DNA of 64,000 nucleotides, from the NCBI RefSeq assembly GCF_006345805.1, contig NC_042998.1, forward strand, positions 97,774,001-97,838,000. Direction: 5' to 3'. The notes under the pieces were generated by a model. It saw only the letters and a program-made list of their open reading frames with translations, had not been told where the DNA came from and did no database searches. A program made the translations under genes and the position numbers. This document shows positions 25,366 through 35,249 of the stretch, piece by piece (the first letter of the stretch is position 1; each line of letters opens with the position of its first letter). Source of the stretch: Octopus sinensis (taxonomy: Eukaryota).

Positions 25366-27094
25366 CTTTCACTAGACATTTCCCTTCTAACGGACAGGAG
25401 CTTTCGTTTTTGAAATTACATTTCTGAATGGGCTCGGCACCATGTCTAATCTCAATTAGCTTCCTATTATGTTGGCTAATGTAAGAGGCGAAATTTCTGC
25501 AACAAGAATAGCTAACCTTCAGGGTTCTTCTATTAAATATTCTGTAGAATTTATGACCCTGCTTAAAATGCTTAGAGACTAATCTCAAAAATTCCTTACC
25601 TATATTAGTCTTTACGGCCAAATTGAAAGCCGGGTTGAACCACAAAACTTTCCTGGTCCTAGTTCTTCGTGCAGCATTATTATTAGCATTAAGCTGGTTG
25701 AACTGGATCTTCTCCGAGAATCCACTATTCTTTAATGCGCTATCGTAATAAGGTGCAGCATTATGGAATGCTGCCTCGTCCGAAGAAATTGAAGATATTC
25801 TTCTACCTACATTGCTGACTAAGTTGCTAAGGATAACTGGTGGATGGTTCGAATCTTTGCTAATATACGATAGCTTTTCATTGGGCTTACGGAAAGGTTT
25901 AAATCTATCCGATCTTACATTAAAATTTACGTCTAAAAAATCTACACTATTCAGGTTAGTATCTATCGTAATCCGTAAGCCCATCCTTTGAAAGAAAGCT
26001 ATAAGGTCCTTCCTAAGTCTATCTGATTCATGGCCGTTTAGATTATGCGTGGTTATAAGGCCGTCATCCCTATATAGACCTGCATCTATAAATGGGAATT
26101 CTATTTTTAGATTATGGAGAATAAAGGCTCCTATGAGCATACATAATTCAGCCCCGTCGTATGCCCCCATCGGTACATCGAAAAGAGAATCCTCAGTCTT
26201 CTTAATCCAGGTGGAATCCTCGAAAAACAGAAGCGATTTCCTCGCATGCATAATAATTTCAATTTCCGAGCTATCGATGTTGACATACTGCTTGGCGAAG
26301 TCCAATGCCCTTAGGAGCAACGTCCTAGATATCGACGGGTAAAAGTCAATAATGTCGAATTGTGTGAAACTACAATTATTCTTATAGCTAATACCTTTAA
26401 ACCACTCTATAACTGACTTACTATTCTTCCAAATTCTCAAGTCTACTTCACTATCTAACTTAACTAAAATACGGTCCAAAATATTTTTGCTAATAATTCC
26501 TATCTCAGTTTTAGCCGGATTTATCAATCTACATTTGGGGTTTCTACTAAAATTGTCTTTATGGTCTTTCAGAGTAATAAAAGCTGGTCGTGGTGAAAGG
26601 TATTCAATCCTATCGCTAATCTTAAGATCGTTAGCTATTCCTCTTGCTTCTAAGTTCACCTCTTTGTATATATTCGTGTTGTCTTTTTTGTATGTGTCCG
26701 TGACACTATTCGAAATCAGGCGTTTATAAACGTCTTTATCAAGTGCATATAAGTTCCTTGTCTTGTCAGAATTAACGAAGATCTTATTCGAGTCGTTAAT
26801 CTCCTTAATTTTTTCTCTCATGTTTTTTTGCAATTGGTTGGTAAATTTGCGGAATTTAATTTTCCTAATAATCTCGAACTCGAAGGCTTCTAATTCCGGA
26901 ATCGGTGGCGGGTTTCTGGGAGATTTAAATCCATATTTGTTACCTTCTATTTTCTGTTTATTATCAAAGAAGAAGGCTTTCCATCTCAGTCTTCTAATAA
27001 ACTCTTCCGTTTTCTCTATAAGACCTTTGATATATTGTTTCCGTGCAGGGATAGGTATATTTTTCTGAGAAAAATCCAGCGGGTAAAGTTCCAT
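24968..27094 (-). CDS. PLE polyprotein: reverse transcriptase + C-terminal GIY-YIG endonuclease, 708 aa from the first ATG (open frame extends upstream to 27262)
   Basis: N-terminus DFSQKNIPIP..FIRRLRWKAFF; RT motifs FDIIDFYPSI, FDVPMGAYDGAELC, LYRDDGL, FLDV, SNHPP; endonuclease CPLEGKCL..GVVY..YTGASE..FKTRFYSH; C-terminal CKLCLLEK..LNQRSE..CRH. No internal stop. Confidence 0.95.
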   Translation of the reverse strand: MELYPLDFSQKNIPIPARKQYIKGLIEKTEEFIRRLRWKAFFFDNKQKIEGNKYGFKSPRNPPPIPELEAFEFEIIRKIKFRKFTNQLQKNMREKIKEINDSNKIFVNSDKTRNLYALDKDVYKRLISNSVTDTYKKDNTNIYKEVNLEARGIANDLKISDRIEYLSPRPAFITLKDHKDNFSRNPKCRLINPAKTEIGIISKNILDRILVKLDSEVDLRIWKNSKSVIEWFKGISYKNNCSFTQFDIIDFYPSISRTLLLRALDFAKQYVNIDSSEIEIIMHARKSLLFFEDSTWIKKTEDSLFDVPMGAYDGAELCMLIGAFILHNLKIEFPFIDAGLYRDDGLITTHNLNGHESDRLRKDLIAFFQRMGLRITIDTNLNSVDFLDVNFNVRSDRFKPFRKPNEKLSYISKDSNHPPVILSNLVSNVGRRISSISSDEAAFHNAAPYYDSALKNSGFSEKIQFNQLNANNNAARRTRTRKVLWFNPAFNLAVKTNIGKEFLRLVSKHFKQGHKFYRIFNRRTLKVSYSCCRNFASYISQHNRKLIEIRHGAEPIQKCNFKNESSCPLEGKCLVKGVVYRAKVQVEGSSEYKTYTGASENSFKTRFYSHKNSFKYPENRKKTSLAKYVWELKEKEAPPFNVTWSILDRAAPYRHGAYKYNFKCKLCLLEKMHILFKDNNSLNQRSELMNLCRHAAKFKMSNINIPYG

Positions 27095-27265
27095 CTTTTT
27101 CAGCTGTTTGTTCTTCCTACTTGTGCAGAGTCGCTCAAACTTTTCCAAGGAGCGGGTTAGACCGGAGTAAACACATAAATGTGAAACAAGGTGGAAAAAA
27201 GAGTACTCAAATACCAGTGGTAGAGTAATATGCTTTATTTTAAGCAGCAGAAAATTCAACAAAAT

Positions 27266-27303
27266 CTGTTACTCTGAGTTTCTCGTTGCCGTTCATCAGA
27301 CAG
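27266..27303 (-). ncRNA. Minimal type I hammerhead ribozyme (PLE-associated), copy 2
   Basis: Identical to 23911-23948; the predicted cleavage site lies 175 nt upstream of the ATG at 27094. Confidence 0.85.
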
Positions 27304-28327
27304 TTTTTGCTAGAATGGAACTTATATGTTAATTCAATCTATATACTCTTACAAACGCTACACCTTTAAAAAGAAATGGACTTGTTTGATTGGCCCTTTA
27401 GAAAAAACGGTCAATCTTCGAGCGATAAACAAAAAGGTCAAAAATATATGTATATATATATAAAAAAACTTATAAAAATTATAAAAATTATAAAATCCGA
27501 GGAAAAAACCGAGGAAAAAACCTGTTGCCGTTAATGAAGACAGTACAAATTAATGCATAGAAATTAAACCTGTTATAAATACTGCAATACATATTTATAT
27601 TAAAATCCACATATATATATATCAACATACACAAAAGGATGCGCGTAAACGCCATACATACATATACAGACGTATGAATATGAATCTAAATTATACACAT
27701 AAAAGCATGTGTACATTTATTCACGCAAACCGTCTCGCACGCAAGCTAAAATTCATCTATGTAGCAATTCTCATATACTGAGCAAGGAGGGGGAACGAAA
27801 GAAAGGGAAAGAGAGAAAAAGGAACGAAAGAGGGGTGGGGTGGGGAAACTTGTAGCGATGTTATTGGCATCTATAGAGGCCAGTATACATACACAAGTTT
27901 GAATTGATACATATACATACCGTCGTGTGTATGCGTGCTTAAGCACAAGCATACTTTCACTTACACATACACAGATACGCATGCTTACAAATACATATGC
28001 TTTGCTATACATATACTTATATAAACATTCTAATTTTGACAACATTGCTTTTTTTTAAAAAAAACATTGCTTTTAAAAAATGGGTGCATTAATAAAAATA
28101 TATACGAAAGACATATAAAATAAAATATAACATCCTATTTTGGGTCATTTATAAATAATCAAGGTAATATAAATAATCAAGGTAATCCTATGCAATACAA
28201 TAACATGAAAACAAAGTTTGTAGGTTTTTCCTAATATATATGTAGAAACAATAAGACTTTGCTATAGATCCGTCGTAGCGCTCAAGAGTCAAAATCAAAA
28301 TCAAAATCAAAATACAAAATATATACT

Positions 28328-28725
28328 CTATCCATATGGTATATTTATATTCGACATTTTAAATTTAGCCGCGTGCCTACATAAGTTCATTAACTCACTT
28401 CTTTGATTCAAAGAATTATTGTCTTTGAATAAGATGTGCATTTTCTCTAATAAGCAAAGCTTGCACTTGAAATTATATTTGTAAGCTCCATGCCTGTATG
28501 GTGCCGCCCTGTCCAGAATGCTCCATGTCACGTTGAAAGGTGGGGCTTCCTTTTCTTTTAGTTCCCAGACATATTTTGCTAGGCTGGTTTTCTTCCTATT
28601 CTCTGGGTATTTAAAAGAATTCTTATGAGAATAAAATCTTGTTTTAAATGAATTTTCTGAAGCCCCTGTGTATGTCTTGTATTCCGATGAGCCTTCCACT
28701 TGCACCTTGGCTCTATAAACTACTC
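28328..28725 (-). pseudogene. Duplicated 3' end of the PLE ORF (GIY-YIG C-terminal part) within the upstream pseudo-LTR
   Basis: The translation matches the last ~130 aa of the 24968-27094 protein. Confidence 0.9.
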
Positions 28726-28837
28726 ATGTATATATAAGTTCAGTAAAATTTAGATTCAGTTGAATTTGGTACTTAAGTTAAAGGCACCAGAATTTAGTAT
28801 GGTATTATCCATATAATTCAAAATGAGGTGATTATAA

Positions 28838-28892
28838 TCAAAATAAGCAACAAGGATATCCACTTCTGGATAATCCTTGTTGCTTATTTTGA
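28838..28892. repeat. Short hairpin: 25-bp stem, one bulge, CTTC loop
   Basis: TCAAAATAAGCAACAAGGATATCCA-CTTC-TGGATAATCCTTGTTGCTTATTTTGA. Confidence 0.9.
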
Positions 28893-28999
<107 letters not shown>

Positions 29000-29086
29000 T
29001 ATATACATACATATATGTACATACTTACATCTACACATATATACACATATATACATACGTATATGTACATACTACATCTACACGTG

Positions 29087-29118
<32 letters not shown>

Positions 29119-29145
29119 ATATATATATAATATATATATATATAT

Positions 29146-29293
29146 AAAATAAATATAAGAGAGTGGTCACTATATGGCTCACTCTAGCACCAGTTAATCC
29201 AAAAGGTTTCAACCACAAAAATGTGGTTGAAACCTTTTGGATTAACTGGTGCTAGAGTGAGCCATATAGTGACCACTCTCTTATATTTATTTT
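29146..29293. repeat. Perfect 72-bp inverted repeat with a 4-nt loop at the head of the array
   Basis: 29146-29217 is the exact reverse complement of 29222-29293; loop AAAA. Confidence 0.95.
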
Positions 29294-29588
29294 GTAAAAA
29301 TATATAATATATTATAAAATATTATAATAATCCAGGTTTCTCGGAGCACTAGGCACTTGGTGTAGAATAGATATACTATTAAATTAGTATCTAATTCTCT
29401 CACCCTTATTAATTAATTATAATTATGCTGCATTTATTTCTAAATGCTGTATTGTTTTCCGTGAAAATTTGGCGCGCTGTTAGTTGGGGCATTTGAATTA
29501 TAACGTCGGATGTAATCAATTGAACCACACACGTATTTATCGTTATGGTAAAACCTGGCGTGTGATTGAGTGGATTTCATCCAGATAG

Positions 29589-29669
29589 TTTTGGCTGACG
29601 AGCTACAAGTGGATTTTTTTGTAAGTAAAATTACATTTAATTCATTAATAGCGAAACATTGTCCCAAAA
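29589..29669 (+). ncRNA. Type I hammerhead ribozyme, array monomer 1 (1-nt deletion in stem III)
   Basis: UUUUGG-CUGACGA-GCUA..UAGC-GAAA-CAUUG-UC/CCAAAA. Confidence 0.75.
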
Positions 29670-30120
29670 TAATCTGTATTTTTGTTATTTTTTATTTGCC
29701 CTGTCCGTGTGAGCTACAATCGTACTGACTTTCATGGGAAACATGTATTTTTGTGGTTGAAACCTTTTGGATTAACTGGTGCTAGAGTGAGCCATATAGT
29801 GACCACTCTCTTATATTATTTTGTAAAAATATTATAATATATTATAAAATATTATAATAATCCAGGTTTCTCGGAGCACTAGGCCACTTGGTGTAGAATA
29901 GATATACTATTAAATTAGTATCTAATTCTCTCACCCTTATTAATTAATTATAATTATGCTGCATTTATTTCTAAATGCTGTATTTGTTTTCCGTGAAAAT
30001 TTGGCGCGCTGTTAGTTGGGGCATTTGAATTATAACGTCGGATGTAATCAATTGAACCACACACGTATTTATCGTTATGGTAAAACCTGGCGTGTGATTG
30101 AGTGGATTTCATCCAGATAG

Positions 30121-30202
30121 TTTTGGCTGACGAGCTACAAGTGGATTTTTTTGTAAGTAAAATTACATTTAATTCATTAATAGCGAAACAATTGTCCCAA
30201 AA
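30121..30202 (+). ncRNA. Type I hammerhead ribozyme, array monomer 2
   Basis: UUUUGG-CUGACGA-GCUA[AU-rich insert]UAGC-GAAA-CAAUUG-UC/CCAAAA. Stem III is palindromic (ACAAUUGU), the triplet is GUC, and stem I extends to CAGAUAGUUUUGG/CCAAAAUAAUCUG. Confidence 0.9.
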
Positions 30203-30653
30203 TAATCTGTATTTTTGTTATTTTTTATTTGCCCTGTCCGTGTGAGCTAACAATCGTACTGACTTTCATGGGAAAATGTATTTTTGTGGTTGAAACCTTT
30301 TGGATTAACTGGTGCTAGAGTGAGCCATATAGTGACCACTCTCTTATATTTATTTTGTAAAAATATTATAATATATTATAAAATATTATAATAATCCAGG
30401 TTCTCGGAGCACTAGGCCACTTGGTGTAGAATAGATATACTATTAAATTAGTATCTAATTCTCTCACCCTTATTAATTAATTATAATTATGCTGCATTTA
30501 TTTCTAAATGCTGTATTTGTTTTCCGTGAAAATTTGGCGCGCTGTTAGTTGGGGCATTTGAATTATAACGTCGGATGTAATCAATTGAACCACACGCGTA
30601 TTTATCGTTATGGTAAAATCTGGCGTGTGATTGAGTGGATTTCATCCAGATAG

Positions 30654-30735
30654 TTTTGGCTGACGAGCTACAAGTGGATTTTTTTGTAAGTAAAATTACA
30701 TTTAATTCATTAATAGCGAAACAATTGTCCCAAAA
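30654..30735 (+). ncRNA. Type I hammerhead ribozyme, array monomer 3
   Basis: Same as monomer 2; predicted cleavage after C30729. Confidence 0.9.
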
Positions 30736-31049
30736 TAATCTGTATTTTTGTTATTTTTTATTTGCCCTGTCCGTGTGAGCTAACAATCGTACTGACTTTC
30801 ATGGGAAACATGTATTTTTGTGGTTGAAACCTTTTGGATTAACTGGTGCTAGAGTGAGCCATATAGTGACCACTCTCTTATATTTATTTTGTAAAAATAT
30901 TATAATATATTATAAAATATTATAATAATCCAGGTTTCTCGGAGCACTAGGCCACTTGGTGTAGAATAGATATACTATTAAATTAGTATCTAATTCTCTC
31001 ACCCTTATTAATTAATTATATATATATATATTATATATATATATATATA

Positions 31050-31089
<40 letters not shown>

Positions 31090-31114
31090 TAATATATATA
31101 TATATATATAATAT

Positions 31115-31830
31115 GCATATATACATACGTATATGTACATATTTACATCTACACATGTATATATATATATATATATAATATATATATATATATATGCATA
31201 TATTGGTACGTATATGTACATACTTATATCTACCCATATATATATACATATGTGGGCACAGGACGTTATGAAACATGTACAACAACAAAAATTCGAATAC
31301 AAGTACATGGAATATGAACTATTTTTTCGGACAACAAAAGACACAAATGGAAAACAAGACAAATAACATAAAGAACGACCCTTCATCAGTTGTTGGCTGT
31401 TTTTCTACTCTTGTACTTTGAGTATTTAACAACAATATACACTTTTGATAAAACAGTTGCTCCCACAAAGCAAATTAAATAAAATTTGGGATTTTGCAGA
31501 GGGTCAAAATTGGTAACACAAACACGACATGATAAAAACTGGAAGGGCTGCTAAGCCTAAACGAGGTTGTGGGTAGCAAATGCATAAATCAAGCTTGGAC
31601 AGGAAATCCATTTGTTTCTTTCATTGTTTAAAAAAATATTTCATATTCCATGTACTCATACTTCGTATTTTTTTGTTGTACATGTTTTGTGACATCCTGT
31701 GGTCACATATGCATATATATATACATGTAGATGTAAGTATGTACATATGCATATGTATATATGCATATATATATATATATTATTTATATTATTATATGAT
31801 TGAATACCACGCATCCTCTTCCAAGTAAGT
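31115..31830. repeat. Two copies of family X in inverted orientation
   Basis: About 31215-31330 and 31628-31750 are imperfect reverse complements; both are homologous to 20130-20640. Confidence 0.7.
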
Positions 31831-31842
31831 TTTATCTATATA

Positions 31843-33520
31843 TAGTTGGAATTTGCAAAGATACAAAATGAAAGACGAAGGCAGGTGTGTAAACAAAACA
31901 GATGTATTAGTTTAACGCTTAGGAAAGACGAAGGCAGGTGTGTAAACAAAACAGATGTATTAGTTTAACGTTTAGGAAGTGAGAAAGTCTTTTACGTTTT
32001 GAGCCTATGCTCTTCAACAGAAATAAGCAGAGAGAGAAAATAAAAAAAAGGTTTAGTGGCTAGCGATCAATCATGGCAAATGTTGGACAGAGGTGGTCAG
32101 ACAGGAGAGCTAGGAAGAAGGGGAGATAAAAAAAAGTAGTGGTGATCCCAAAACGAAGGTATGCATGTGTGTGTATGTGAGTGCGTGTATGTGTGTGTGT
32201 GGATAGGGGGCTTGTGACTTTTACATGTGCGTGTGTGCATGTGTAGGTGTGTGGATGATGGTGTGGGTGCTGGGAAGTGGTCAGTGCTTGTGTGTGCAGG
32301 GTAGTGTGGTGGTGTATGGTGTGGTATGGTGGTGTGTGGTGTGGTGGTGTATTGGTGTGTGGTGTGGTGATGTGTTGTGTGGTGGTGTGTGGTGTGGTAG
32401 TGTGTGGTGTGGTGTGGTGGTGTATGGTATGGTGGTGTTAGGGTGTGGGAGAGGCGAGGGTGGGGAAGCAAGGGTGAGGTGTGGGTTGGGGTGAGAGTGG
32501 GATAGGGTGGATATGTGGGAGTGGGGTGTGAGGGTGGTGGTTGGGTATGAGAGGAAGAGAGGAGAGGGGAGGGGGTTAGATGAAGAGGGGAGGAGAGTTT
32601 AGCCTATGTGGTGCAAAGAAGTGAAGAGAGAAGATTAATTCCTGTTCACTGCAAAGACAAGAGTCTGGACGGCCCCTGTCCAAGGACAATCCGAACACAG
32701 ACAGGTGTTGTAAAGAATGACTGGTAGAACGGAAATGGCACGAGACCGGATGTCATTGCTGAGTCTGATGTCTTGGAGGTGTTCTGCGAACCAGTCAGCC
32801 AAGTGGCATCCCATTTGACTGATGTATGGAGAAGGACAGAGAGAGCAGGTGATGCAGTAGATCACATTGCTAGAAGTGCAGGTGCAGGAGTCAGTGATAT
32901 GATAGGGTCAATGATGGGTGCCGGTGAGGATGGTGGTGTTGGAGAGGTAAGGGCAAGTGCAGCAGCATGGGTGGGAGCAGGGGATTGAGCCGGGTTGGGA
33001 GGTTGGTTTAGGGAAGAAACTGTGGACTAGAAGGTCACATAGGTTGTAGGCTCATTTGAAGGAGGGGAGGGGTTGGTTAAGGAAGATGTGTGAAGTGGAG
33101 TCGCTGGAAGGCTTGGAGAATGGTGCGTTGGAGAGGCTGGATGGAGAGGTGGTAGGTGAGGGAATATGGGAGATGGGTGTGGGAGAGAGAGCAGATGCAT
33201 GGTCCATGGAAGTGCTCTGGCAAGGGTGGTGTGGGTAGTGGTGAGGAGATATCCACGTAGGATAAAGTTGTGAGCCATGAGTTGAGACTGAGTCTAAAAG
33301 TCATGGTTGTCACTGCAGAGCCTGCGCAGACAGAGGAATTGGGAATAGGGAATGGAGAGCTTAGTGTGCTTAGGGTGAGAGGAGGAGAAGTTGAGGTATG
33401 AGTGTGAGTTGTGTGTTTGTAGTGGATAGGGGTGGCGAGAGTGGAGTGATAAATGCTGACCAAAATGTCAAGAAAGGCGACAGAAGTGTCGGAAATAGGG
33501 CAGGATGGAAAGATTGGACA
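31843..33520 (-). mobile_element. Decayed, 5'-truncated Penelope-like element (Neptune-type): RT thumb/linker, GIY-YIG, CA-rich UTR, degenerate HHR
   Basis: The minus strand reads VAFLDILVSI..TPIHYK / SHSYLNFSSSHPKHTKLSIPYSQFLCLRRLCSD..MAHNFILRGY, then IYCITCSLCPSPYISQMG.HLADWFAEHLQDIRL (GIY-YIG with a CxxC insert). Frameshifts and stops present. A 53-bp tandem duplication sits at 31871-31976. Confidence 0.85.
31989..32024 (-). ncRNA. Degenerate minimal type I hammerhead relic
   Basis: Minus strand: UUU-CUGUUGA-A-GAGC[AUAG]GCUC-AAAA-CG-UA/AAAG. The GAAA box is mutated to AAAA. Confidence 0.55.
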
Positions 33521-35110
33521 AAAGAGAGTGAGGTGGCACCGATACAGTTGTCAATATAACAACCATATAGTTCGGGATTGGGATCAATATATATATATAT
33601 GCATGTAGAAATATTTGTGTGTGTTTTTGTGTTTGCCTCCTGTCACCTTTTGACAATCAGTGTTGGTTTATTTATATTCCTGTAACTCAGAGGTTTGGCA
33701 AAAAAAGCCAATAAAATAAGTACCAGACTTTAAAAAATATGTGCTGCAGTTGTTTTGCTTGACTAAACCCTTGAAGGTGGTGCCTCAGCATGGCCACAAT
33801 TCAATGAATGAAACAAATAAAAGACAAAGACTAGCTGATGCCTGGACAAAACTGATCAACAGAAGCCCTATGCTCCTCATATGGAAGGCTGAATGTGAAG
33901 CAAAAGTTGTTGTGTGACCCTAGGCAGTAGCATGGCTAGAATGTATGCCACCAATAACAACCCTCAAGTTTTCCCCCAGGCCTATATAGATTTATACAGA
34001 AAGCCTAAAAGTGCCACTTCTGCTCCATAAAAGAGTTACATGAAGCAGACTACTCCCTTGCTTTCCCCTTAGCTATACTACTGAGACCAGGTTAACTTTT
34101 ATAAGGCAGCTCAATGATAGTTTGTCAGATAAAACCTACTCAAGGACCATAGATCTAGGACTTTTTTTTAAGATGATAAGATATAATTTTAAGGAGTTCC
34201 AGCTGTATTTATAGTATAGTAAATGACCATATTGGGAGTTTCCTTCATTAGTATATAATTACAAGAAGTTATAAGTTAAGATACTGTTAATCTAGTTGAG
34301 AGATATTAATATTACAGAAATCCATGAAGCAATTAATGAGATGAAACCAAGTAAATTTGTAAGACTTTGCTCAGTATAAGTTACTAAGATGCTGAAAGTA
34401 TCAGGGTGTATAGAGTGAATGCCAATTATCTGCTTAGCTTAATGAGATTAAGCTGTTAGATTAATGATAGTTCTATCAAAGTCAAGGGTAATGTGACAAT
34501 TATTGAATGCTAATCCCGATTGTGCAGCTAATATAAGAGAAAGAGAGAGAGAGGCGAAGAAAGAGAGACAGATAGAGAGGAAGTGAGAGAGAAAATCTGA
34601 ATGAAATTTTAGTTTAGAAAGGTGTGTAACTACATGCGCATAACCAACGTTTGTGATCAAATAACTATCAGTAAAGAATGAATCTGTTTATCTTGCATCA
34701 GCATTTGGCAAACTTCCACATTACAGAGGGTAAGTTGATAGATACTGTGTAAGTTAGATGAGTAAGTGTAACCGTGAGAATATTCAAGGTAAAAGATGAA
34801 ATATGATTCAGAGAGAAAATATTTTCATAAAATGAATTTGATTCACAACTATGTGATTTTGGGTTCGGTTCTTCTACAAGGAATCTTGGGCAGCACCTTG
34901 AGATATAACCCTGAGCTTTATCAATGCTTGCTTTGTGAGTAAATCTGTTTTGGCAGAAACTGTGTGAAAACCCATCATATATATATATATATATATCTTT
35001 AAATGTAATATGTGACAATTATTCGGTAGCCATGATAAAACTCCAAGTTTCGGATGCCTAGGTGGAAATCCACAGTCCATCTTTTCAGTTATCCGGCCAT
35101 TGGAAAAAAG

Positions 35111-35246
<136 letters not shown>

Positions 35247-35249
35247 TCC

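Larger units (their letters stand above)
23878..28725 (-). mobile_element. Penelope-like retroelement (Naiad-type), partial tandem structure with pseudo-LTRs; apparently intact
   Basis: One uninterrupted RT + GIY-YIG ORF lies between direct repeats 23878-25365 and 27233-28725. Each repeat comprises the ORF 3' end, the UTR and an HHR. The 3' end abuts a (TA)n tract. This is the head-to-tail partial tandem known for PLEs. Confidence 0.95.
27233..28725 (-). repeat. Upstream pseudo-LTR (1493 bp), direct repeat of 23878-25365
   Basis: Starts inside the GIY-YIG coding sequence at 28725 and continues through the UTR and HHR into the ORF leader. Confidence 0.95.
29146..31020 (+). mobile_element. Non-coding tandem array of ~533-bp HHR-containing monomers (3 full + 1 partial) with an inverted head; candidate retrozyme-like non-autonomous PLE satellite
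   Basis: Units restart at 29222, 29752, 30285 and 30819 (TGTGGTTGAAACCTTTTGG) and are near-identical. Each full unit has one type I HHR. Flanked on both sides by (TA)n. No credible ORF. Confidence 0.85.

Noticed and set aside
26049-27068. Plus-strand ORFs overlapping the PLE RT
   Set aside because: Antisense shadows of the real minus-strand ORF.
27095-27262. 56-aa N-terminal extension of the PLE ORF from a TTG start
   Set aside because: The frame is open, but the extension starts at the HHR boundary and has no PLE-like motifs. Conserved-looking sequence begins just after the ATG at 27094.
29657-29661. Stem III deletion in array HHR 1 as a biological inactivation
   Set aside because: Most differences among monomers are scattered 1-nt deletions, consistent with consensus error; this cannot be resolved without reads.
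29440-29667. 75-aa minus-strand ORF within array monomer 1
   Set aside because: Short, with no recognisable motif, antisense to the HHR strand, and affected by 1-nt indels between monomers.
29222-31020. Array considered as a CRISPR array or plain satellite DNA
   Set aside because: Eukaryotic context, no short repeat/unique spacer alternation and no cas genes. One complete HHR per monomer and the inverted head argue against an ordinary satellite.
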